From NCBI GenBank assembly GCA_001662655.1, contig KV460229.1: a stretch of 64,000 nt of DNA; one strand, 5' to 3'. Shown piece after piece: positions 51,093-61,039 of this stretch (its first letter is position 1; the number at the start of each line of letters is the position of its first letter). The position numbers were made by a program, and so were the translations under genes. Under the pieces are notes generated by a model. That model was not told where the DNA came from. It was given only the letters and a program-made list of their open reading frames with translations, and searched no databases. This DNA comes from Pseudogymnoascus verrucosus. Its lineage: Eukaryota.

Positions 51093-52138
51093 TCACAACC
51101 AGTTCTCAAACCAGGCAACAGCCTGCTTGAACGCATCTTCCATGGCGTACAAGTTCTTCTTCACGCTCATATCGGTCCTGAGCGCAAAGCCATGGTCGAC
51201 GCCTCCATAGACGTTGATCTGGAATGGGATCTTCAGGTCAATCAGGATCTTCTCCGCGTCATAGCGGTTCTTCTGGGTGAAGATGCTGTCGATTTCTGTC
51301 CAGGGTAGGTGTTGTCAGTTTGGTTGCTCTCTGGAATTTTGTCCGTGTTGGTGGTGGGGAGGGGAGGGGGTCTGAGCTGAGTCCAGGGGGCTGCTAGGGA
51401 CTTACCAGATGCAGCGATCGACACAGGCTTTGTGATAGCCCAGAACTCGTCGGTCGTAATAAAGGACGGATGAGCTAGGTATCCCGAGTCCAGAAGTCCC
51501 TCGCCCTTGAGGTTACGGACCACGTACTATTATTGAGACATTAGCGGGCTACTCTGGGATCCCTGAACAAGAAACCCTTTGTGCATGCAGCGGTACTTAC
51601 CTTAGCGCCGAAGCAGTACCCAACTCCAGCGATCCTCTCGACCTTCAAAGTCTCGCGCAGGTGAGCAATGACCTTCGCGACGATAGGATCCACGAGATCC
51701 GGTGGGTGTCTCTGGACCCAAGCAGGGATATCCACATTCTTGCTATCGAAATCGTCAGTGGACAAGGTATCGCCATCCAGCAGATCCGGGACGATCGTGA
51801 GCAATCCGCGCGCGGCGAAGTTGTCGGCAACCAGCTTGGCGTTCTGGTAGATGCCGAAGATGTCGCCAAAGATGATGACCGCTTTTTCGGTTGAGTTGCT
51901 GGCGGGACGTGCGAAGTAGACGTCAACTGTTGGTATGTTGGTATTGGTTCACTTTGTGTTGGGGCCTTGGAGTGGGGGAGATGAGATGTGACAGGTGAAT
52001 CAAAGGTGGCGTATTGAGAGATGCAGGCTAAGACTTACTATCACCAATCTTCTCCATCGTTCCCGTCGTAGTTCCTTCATGTAGAGTTCCTTTGGCGCAG
52101 CAGGCTGCTGGTGGAAGGGAGATCATGGAGGGGGCCAT
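51093..52138 (-). CDS. Dienelactone hydrolase family protein, 4 exons
   Basis: PPAACCAKGTLHEG, DIFG, ADNFAARG...VPDL, nucleophile GYCFGAK, AHPS, VDHGFALR. Confidence 0.92.
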
Positions 52139-53507
52139 TTTGAGGTTTGGATTTGGGGTGTGTTGGTTGTAGAGTGGAATTGTGTCTGGCAGAGAGAGAT
52201 GGGTGAATTTGAATGCAATTTTGAGGACAAAGGACAGGATGTGGGCTTTATACTCGAATTATGAATTCTGCTTTGAAATCGGCCAAAGAGTTCTTTGGAT
52301 TGTTGATCTTGGATTTGGAGTTTGAGGAGGTTGAAGTCGGATAAGCCGTCAAAAACATTCGGGTGTGGGCGTTGGAGTTTGAGTCGCAATAAGCGGATTG
52401 CTACACCAACAATTTGAGATCGACCGGCGCGCGGAGAAGCACCCACCAGCGATTGGTTCATGTTATCCCATCACTTCTATCACATCGTCGCATTATGCAG
52501 CCAGAAAGTATGGAATCACAATCAACAGCTCTAAATATACGGTATACACTCATCAAGCTGTGACTCAACGAGCTGAAAGCAACAATGGTGACTTGACAGA
52601 TGATCATAAAAGCAATAGTACAAAATGAAGCCAACTGTCTGAGATCTCAGCCGTCCCCGGCGGCAACAGAGCTGAGAAAGTCATTGAACCAAAAGGCGAA
52701 AATGTCACCCCATCGGCCTCAAGACAGACAGCCCCGTTTCTCGCGGAAATAGAACCCAGTAGAGTTTCACCCATTGTCCCATTGTCCCATGTGAAATTGA
52801 AATGTGACTGTTGCCAGATGTATCTACAAGACGGAAAAATAGCGGTGACTCTCAGTGCAGAATTCCACCACCTACTCGGAGGAGGATGTCGATCACAGGT
52901 ATGCTGGATTGGATGCACTGATCCCCCTAGATCGTTCCAAGAGACGCAAGGGACGATAATCCGGGAGATCTGCACCAGGGGGTGCTAGATGGGCGTGGAT
53001 GGTATTGGGCTGGGACACTGAGATGCACCCGTTAAGGCAGAGTTTGCGAGCTGGGACGACGAGGAGAGGTGGATTAATATGTGATCTCGGCGACATATGC
53101 GCTGTCCACCTTCGTCTTGGTTGTAGCTCCCGGAGACAGGTTAGCTAGCTGACGGATTAGTTCACTAGCATTTGCGGCGTCCTGGACCAGCTCCAGGCTC
53201 TTTTATCTCCAGTTGTCATTTGTTGATGAGCACAGTAGAGAGTTCAGAATAAATTCGTTGGTGTATGGGTTCTCAGACCTATAGCATGTGTAACGCAGAG
53301 CAACTCATCACATCCACAGCGTTGCATTGTATGACTCGTTGCTTAAAACTAACTCCTTAGTTGGCGGTTCGGCGGAATAGGTAAACTATAGCAAGATAAA
53401 GATCATGAACTGCCCTCCCTCGCATTGATGATAGGATATGTAGATATTGATAGAGCTTGCCTTTATTAGAACTTCCCTTTATTAGACAGCCTCATAAACC
53501 TTCAACA

Positions 53508-55270
53508 ATGGCAGAAAGACAAAAGATCGCAGGTTAGTCCCCTCCCTCACCCCACCCCCACCCCTAGCTTTAACTAGGGGATTAAGGGAATGAGATGAGA
53601 AGACAATTCTAACGGGTTAGTGGTCGGATCGGGCATGGCTGGATTGGCCGCTGCATGGGCTTTACACAATGATCCATCTGGCAAATTCGATGTCACCGTC
53701 TTTGAGAAAGTATCATCCCCCAACATCATTTTTCGGCCTCAAAATTCATCACTAACCCATCCCAGGGTAACGCCTGCGCCCTCGATGGCTACTCCTATAC
53801 ACCCCCCGGTGCCAAGAGCTCCCGCATCGACATCCCCATGCGTGTATTCTCAGGAGAATACTACGCCAACCTCTTCAAGCTTGTGGCCCAGTTCAACGTC
53901 CCCGCCAAGCCACGCCGTTTCCTCTTCGTCTTCACGCGCGAGGAACATGAGAGGCCGTATTTTATCCATGCCTCCAACAAGCATAGGATGTTCCCTCCGA
54001 ATACAACGCCAAACCCTAGCCTCTATCAGAGAATTAGGCATTTGATCTTATCGGTAATCCTGGGGTTGTGCTATGCGGTGTTTGCGTTTGGAGTCAAATT
54101 CTTTCCGCCGGGTGTTGGCGGGCCGGGTGATGCGGCGGGAACCGAGACTATTGAGCATTACTGCAATAGGCTTTTCCTGCCGCAGTTCTTCCTCAACGAC
54201 TATCTTGTTCCCCTATTCTCGTCCGTGGCGACTTGCTCTCACGATGACTTCCGCACTTTCCCAGCCGTGTATATCACCGATTATAAGAAATATACGTCGG
54301 GCAATGATCACAACTCTGTGACGACGATGCAGGCTATGCAGGAGAAGCTCGTTTCTAACAATCTCCGCATCAAGCTCAGACATCCAGTCACCAATATCGA
54401 GAGCCAGACTGATGGGACCGTTAAATGCACAATCGTGGATCTAGATGATAACAAGAAAGAAAGCATCGAGACTTTTGCAAAAGTGATAACTGCTACCTCT
54501 TCTCATGCTCTCGCACACCTCTATAAGCCGGCGAGACCAATGGCATCTCAACTTCCAATTTGCGAAGCTGAGGTCGTCGTTCACAGTTCGTCTCCTTCTT
54601 CCCTCCTTTCATTATCCAACCCTACTAACTCCTCCCAGCTGACTACACCATAATGTCCCATGTCATCTCCCGCAAAGGCCCCTTCGCCAAGAAGCCCCTT
54701 TCCGACCTCACCGCCGAGGAATTCCTCGCCTCAACTGAGTGGCTCAACCCCGACGCCTCGAGTGCGGACATCCTGGCCCTTCAAACCCGCCGCTCTCCCT
54801 CGGGCGAGGAATGGACAGAAGCCACGCACGTTCATAGCTCTGGTATTCTCGTCACCGTGCGTCCAGTGATTTACTCCAAGAGCCCAACCCCTAGCGAGGC
54901 CGTCTATGGGAGCATGAATAAAACTCCCCGCCTGCCACCTGCCTATGTCATTGCAGATGACAAGGTTGCCCACAAGGCTGTCTTCTACCGTATGTTGAGC
55001 AACCCGCAGAGACGGGAGCTGATCCGTGCGGCGTTCTCGAAGGAGGCTCCTGGGTCCGGAGGAAAGAAGGCCACGGAGAGAGAGGGGTTGTTGAATGGTG
55101 CGACTAAGACTCAGGGGTGGAGGAACGGAGATGGTGGAGTATTTGCGACAGGCAGCTGGAACAACGACAGTCTTACATTGCTTGAGAATTGCGTAAGGAC
55201 GGCGTTGACAGCCGCAAAGGAGTTGGGTGCTGAACTTCCCTTCGAGGTCGTGGAACGAACGTCATTTTAG
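53508..55270 (+). CDS. FAD/NAD(P)-binding oxidoreductase (amine oxidase/COG2907-like), 4 exons
   Basis: KIA|VVGSGMAGLAAAWAL...VTVFEK dinucleotide-binding motif, IDIPMRVF, VVHTD across intron 54586-54638, VFATGSW...LLENCV. Confidence 0.8.
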
Positions 55271-55380
55271 AGCGGGTTCTCTTTTGCTAGTGATTGTCGT
55301 CTTAGTTCTTCGTAACCAATGGCATACACATTTCTTTTCTCGTAGGAAATCAACGCACTGCTCATGTAGTTTATTGTGGA

Positions 55381-57423
55381 CTATTGAATTATCAAATCAG
55401 AATCAAACGACTCCAAGGGCTCAAAACTCCACATATTCCACATATGTTGCCATACCGTCCTGCAGTAAACCCTCAAATTATGCTTCTTCACATCCGTTGC
55501 ATACAGGGGATTCAGCATTATACCCTTAACCTTATCATGCAAGCGCTGCGCGATCGCTGACGGGTCCACAATGCCATCCCCATCCGACAACCCAGTATGC
55601 GCACCATTAGCATCTCCCGCCTCCTCAACAAGCGTCGGGCTATCAGTAATCTCATCCGTGCCCGTCTCCCAATAGTCAAAGTCAACAGTGACAGCCGTGC
55701 CATAGGAAAAGCTATACAAGTTCCGTAACATCTCCAGCGTCTCAGCCCAGGCGCAGGCTACGCGCCAGCGGCTCTGCCACGAGCGGATGATATCGAGCAG
55801 CTTTGCGAAGTTGACTTCTGCGACATCCTTGGGGCATTTATCGCATGTCTGCGTGTATAGGATCCAAAGGTGGACAGCGGCTGATGTCATAAGTGCGTTT
55901 GCGGCGAAGGGAGACTGGAGGAGCTGTTGGTCTTGTTCGGTGCCTTGGGTGAGCATGGTGGCCATGTCCGTGAGGGCGTGGACGCTGTCGATGCAGCATT
56001 CGATGATGGGGGCGTCGGAGTAGTCGAGGGAGAGGCCGGCGGCGTCGTAGCTGGCTGCTTCGTCGACTTGGAGGGTGGCGAGGCTGTATTGGGAGTCGAG
56101 TTGGGGGAGGTACTCTTGGTGCATTACGCAACGGGAGTGGAAGAGTAATAGGTTTAAGTTGACGAAGGCCTGGGCTTGGCCTGTGACTTGGTGTAATTTG
56201 TAATTCTGAGGTGACCACCGTAGACTTGGAGGCAGGGCAGCGGCGAAGTTATCGATGGCTTTTGCGGTTTTATAGAACTCGCCTTCTGGATCCGTGGGTG
56301 CATATTTTGAGCTTCTGCGTCCCCCGGAGGTATGCAGAGTGGCCATATTCCCCCAAAGCTGGAGCATGGTGATATAGAACGGTGTAATGCCAAGTTGAGA
56401 CAGCTGGTTCGTGTGCTGCAGGATGTTGTCAAGGGATGGGCCAGAATAATCCTCCTCAAAGGCAAATGAGTTCTCTGGACAGGGAAGCTGTATGAGGGCC
56501 GACATCTGGTTGATGGCGAATGGATGATTGCAGGAGTAGGAGATCAAACGGTCCACTACGAAACAGGCCCAGAAAGTTCTTCTTCGAACTTCTTTTTGCC
56601 CTGGGGAGTGCTGATTGAATTCCAAACCAAGATGCAGCGCTTGTGACATTCTTATGGCAGTGCCGGCATACATCCAGGCCTTTAAATTCGTCCAAGTTAT
56701 CAGTTCGCGGATAGCGAGAACTAAGAACGCCTGGATATTATATACTAATGACCGGCCGATGATTAGAGAATAAAACATAATATAAAAGGGGAATAATACG
56801 CACCTGAAGGTTCGTCAGAGAGTCTTTGCGCATATCTCCTGGCAGATCGTGCATAATTGTCCGACAGCGCCACAGCCTCGAATCCAAAGTCTCTCAGTGC
56901 CTCATCATCGGGGATGTATAATGCTGAGAGACTGATAATAGACATTACTAGGAAAGGCGACCGAACGGCTAACACAGACATATCAAGACTTGGCTTGTGC
57001 AAGAAGGAGCACAGCTCTCCATCGTGGTGACGGGCTAGAAAGATACCTAGCAAGAGCTGAAGCAGATGAGCTTCTGGAAGGACACAAGCACTGTTACAGT
57101 CACCACGAACAGGGCCATCGAGTATAGGCCCTGCTCCCTTCAAAACCCTCCTATCAGTTCCTGATTCCACTTCGGCGTAGTCTAAGATCTGATAATAACC
57201 CCCTGGAGCAGGGGTACTAGGCCAAGTGCATCCCTTCTTGCGCTTCAGGCAGTTCCGACAATTCGGTCTAGTACCGCTGCATTTAACCTTGCTCTTTCGG
57301 CTGCCATGAAGTCAGTATCGACCCCTAAGCCATTCTAAACTGCTCGGCTTAGAAGATATACCATCGGTCGCACGCTTGAGGAGTGCGGCTGTGGGTTTCG
57401 GTGCCAGCCTTGGCCACCTTCAT
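55381..57423 (-). CDS. Zn(II)2Cys6 transcription factor with fungal TF-specific domain, 3 exons
   Basis: QACDR|CRKSKVKCSGTRPNCRNCLKRKKGC; AWMYAGTAIRM, EVRRRTFWACFVVDR, IQLPCPE. Confidence 0.9.
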
Positions 57424-57912
57424 CTTGATCTGAAATCAACCGTCTCCAAGGCCCGGATGCCGCGGCACAGCGTCTGCTTCCTGACTAATCAGATCTGAGA
57501 AATTAACCGCTTGATTTCGGGTTCACAAAAACTAAAGTGCGTGTAACAGTCGATAGCAGTTGATGAGAGAGCTTCTTCTTGTTGTGTCACGGATTCGGAA
57601 GTTTGGTTGGTTCGTCATGTCCTACATTAGGCTATCCGAAGGTTCGCGGTTGAGTCTCGGAAGCTAACCTTATCGGACGACATCAAATGAAAGCATCAAT
57701 CAAGTGCGTCAACATCAACAAAGCAAAGTCTCAACTTTCAAAATCGGATATCCACCTATTAACAGAGTGCTTATAAAGCGGCGAGTGAATGGGATTATAG
57801 CGTGGGGTATCTGGTATATAAACGACTTGTGCGACGCAAACAATCTTCTGAAAGGTTCATCCTCAACCTGATCATCACATTCACCTCCAGATATTCAAGC
57901 TCAATTTCCTTA

Positions 57913-57960
57913 ACCTCAGCCTCAACCTCAACCTCAGCCTCAACCTCAACTTCAACTTCA
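57913..57960 (+). repeat. (CCTCAA)n-like hexamer microsatellite in the 5' leader
   Basis: CCTCAGCCTCAACCTCAACCTCAGCCTCAACCTCAACTTCAACTTCA. Confidence 0.85.
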
Positions 57961-57989
57961 CCATTTCAACTTCTTACAAATCAATCAAA

Positions 57990-59305
57990 ATGGCAACTCC
58001 CACCCATAACGGTGTTGCAACAGTCGCTCTTCGTGCTCCTCTTGGTATCATCCAACTTCCCACCATCCAGCCTCGCGAAGGTGAAGTTTTGGTGCGCGTC
58101 GAGTGGACAGCATCTACCCCTCTGGACCTCCACCAAAACGATGGAGGCCTTCTCGTGGAACATCCGCAAGTGCTCGGCGACGGAGTTGGGGGAACGGTCA
58201 AGAACGTTGGTCCGGGTGTTCAGAATTTGGCCATCGGTGACAAGGTAGGTAACTGTCAGAGAGGAGTATTTGTGAAGCTGCAGGCTAATCCATGACTGAA
58301 GGTGTTTGGTTTCTGCTTTGAAGAGAGCCAACGCAAGGCGCACCAAGAGTTTGTGACTGTTCCACAGACTTCTCTGAGCAAGGTGTGTTACCTCCACAGC
58401 AGCGATAACCTCTTGGGGCCCATGTCTCTTCCATAATTGCCTTCAATTGACACACATTACTGTAGCTCCCAGCCGGATTCACTCTCCAAGAAGCAGTAAC
58501 TCTGCCCAACAACCTTGTCACAGCCTTCCACGCCACAACAGCTGACCTGGGCCTTCCTCTCCCGTGGCCTCGTCCTGCCAACCCATCCCCAGTTGACGCC
58601 AATTCTCCAGTTTTGATCTGGGGCGGAAGCTCGTCTTGCGGACAGTACGCTATCCAGGTCCTCACGCACTGGGGTTACAAAAACATCATTGCCACCGCCT
58701 CGCCAGTTCACCATGAGTACCTTCGTTCGCTCGGAGCCAAGGCGGTCGTCGATTACCGCGATTCGAACTTCGCGAGCCTGGTTCTCGAGAGTGCTGGAGC
58801 GGAAAATGCGGATGGACCCGCTGTACCATTCATTTTGGACTGCATCGCATCCAAGTATGGAAGTCTTGCGAAGATCGCCAAGGTCGCGCAGAAGGGCACC
58901 AAAGTCGCAGCGCTTTTGCCAGTGATTGTGAAGGATGCTTCGGATACAGAAGCCCCGGAATACGCCATGGATGTGCAGGCATCGGCGGATTGGGCTGAGG
59001 GCGTAGAGGCTAGGGGTGTGAGAACGCATTTCTACCAGGAGGTAAGTCATGGATAGTTTCTTGAGGCATGTATGTGAGGAGATATTCTAACAGTTTGGCA
59101 GAATGTGTTTTTCAAGACTCACCTCCAGCCTACGATCATCCCCACGTTGTTGGCGGAAGGTGTGGTCAAGCCAAACAAGCAGAAGATTATTGAGGGCAAG
59201 TCACTTCTGGAGAGGGCGCAAAAGGCCCTGGATACGCTCAGGAACAAGGCCGTGAGTGGTGAGAGATTGGTGTGGCGGATTTCGGAGGAAGGAGCGGATG
59301 AGTAA
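57990..59305 (+). CDS. MDR-family zinc-independent enoyl-reductase/quinone oxidoreductase-like protein, 4 exons
   Basis: GEVLVRVEW, PLDLHQ, GDKV, EAVTLPNNLVTA, LIWGGSSSCGQYAIQ, TASP..H..LRSLGA...DYR, VSGERLV. Confidence 0.88.
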
Positions 59306-60163
59306 ATGATAATTGGGGAAAGTACGAATCGATTTGAGGGAAGGAGCGAATGACAACGCAGTAAAGCACCAATTCATCTGAGGGAAGGTGCGAATGATAA
59401 TGAGGGGAAGTGCTAATGACTATGGAGGAAAGAGCGAATGAGTATGGAGGGGATTCGCGCCTTCCTTGAATGAAAGTATGGCAATCTTCTCCAGTGATTT
59501 TGTGGTTGGCATGATCACAGATAGCTTTGAACATACCCTAAAGGCTCAAGCAGGATATGGGAGGATGAAGTAGTGAATCATTAATATTATGGGTTCTTCT
59601 TCTTTCCACTTTTCACAACTGTAATCAACAGCACCGTATTTCCCAATACACTTCGCAAGGCATAATGATTCGGAGAGGCACTAACATGAAATATCCAGTG
59701 CCACGGTGATAATCGACAATGAGATTCTTGAGAGTGACTGGGAGGATGATGAGCCTTGGAATGTGTCATTCATGCCTAGACCCATGCCCCACTTCCCATT
59801 TTGACGGGTGGGGGGGGTTAGACAAGTGCGGGAGCGAACCGATGGTTTGGACCCTGGATTTGCCCCACCTTAGCGTTAGGATCCCACGATGATATTTATC
59901 TTCAATTTCAGAGATATATAAGTCCATGTCACGCCGGACCAGGAAGCTCCCCGTACCTAGAGTATGTGAATATGACTATAGACTAGAAATGCGATAATGG
60001 CTAAGATGAAGATTCGGATGGCTTGGAATTAGAGAATCTGGATTCTATTTATGAATCGAAATTTTAAAAATTAAGCGGCATTTGCAAGATTTGAACATGC
60101 ACAGCTTAAGTGCAAGTGGTTTCTAGCCCTCTTTACTCGCCCACGGTCATACAAAGTAAACAA

Positions 60164-60244
60164 GGCGTGTTGCCAGAGTGGTTAATGGGTATGACTAGAA
60201 ATCATATGGTTTCGGCCGCGTAGGTTCAAATCCTGCACACGTCG
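60164..60244 (+). tRNA. tRNA-Ser (anticodon AGA), intronless, long variable arm
   Basis: Acceptor stem GGCGTGT/ACACGTC, D-loop GAGTGGTTAA, anticodon arm TATGA-CTAGAAA-TCATA, variable hairpin GGTTTCGGCC, T-loop GTTCAAATCC. Confidence 0.93.
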
Positions 60245-60252
60245 TTTAAAGC

Positions 60253-60282
60253 TTTATTTTTTATTTTTTATTTTTATTTATT
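60253..60282 (+). terminator. Oligo-T Pol III terminator tract ((T)nA repeats)
   Basis: TTTATTTTTTATTTTTTATTTTTATTTT just after the tRNA. Confidence 0.7.
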
Positions 60283-61039
60283 GTGGATACAAATATCTGC
60301 CCCAGTAACTTTTTTTCCCCCCAACTATTGTAGACATATTATGAGAGTCCAACGATTCGAGGATATGAGATGTCTAATATGATGGTATTTCTATCGTTAC
60401 ATTCATTCCCATTTTGCTTTCTTACGGCGCTAACCTGAAACTATCGGATGGTGTCGAAGTGACAAAATGCACAGGAGTCGTGAAGCTATAACTTGAATTA
60501 TAATCATATAACAGGAAAAATACTCTGCTGTATAGGCTTATAATAAAACCCGCAGAGTCTATACTTTATCAAGTTTCTCTAATCGCATTTTGATATCAAT
60601 CTCATTTGGAGGCCATCATTGATGTTGCAAGGCTGTCAAACCAGGCAGAACTCCACCCCCGGCCATATCATCCTTGCCCGAATACTCCGCCTTAATATAA
60701 CCCGCCAAGTCAGCGAATCGCAGGCCTTGGCTCTATCTCCAGACCCCTGGAAAGCCTCACATTATGGCATGGGACTGATTCCTCAGCCTCGCTCCAGTGA
60801 AGCATCGACTGCGGGGTTGACTCCGAAACGATGGAGGGCGGCTCCACGCGTACCTGTGAATGTCGGCCTCAGCCACGGTTATATTATGAGCCTTATGTCG
60901 AACAGATTTCATATCTGAAAATTAGTTTCTTTCGAATGTGAAGTCTAACAGCGACGAGGTGCGGTATCGCCAAATAATAATCCTATCAAAGAAATAATTA
61001 CCGAGGCAGAGACATACAGACTCTGCCAGCGCCCGCCGG

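Noticed and set aside
54651..54655. TAATG stop-start overlap between ORFs 53838-54653 and 54653-55270, suggesting termination-reinitiation or a split gene
   Set aside because: An intron at 54586-54638 (GTTCGT...CTAAC...CCCAG) removes the frame break and gives continuous VVHTDYTIMSH
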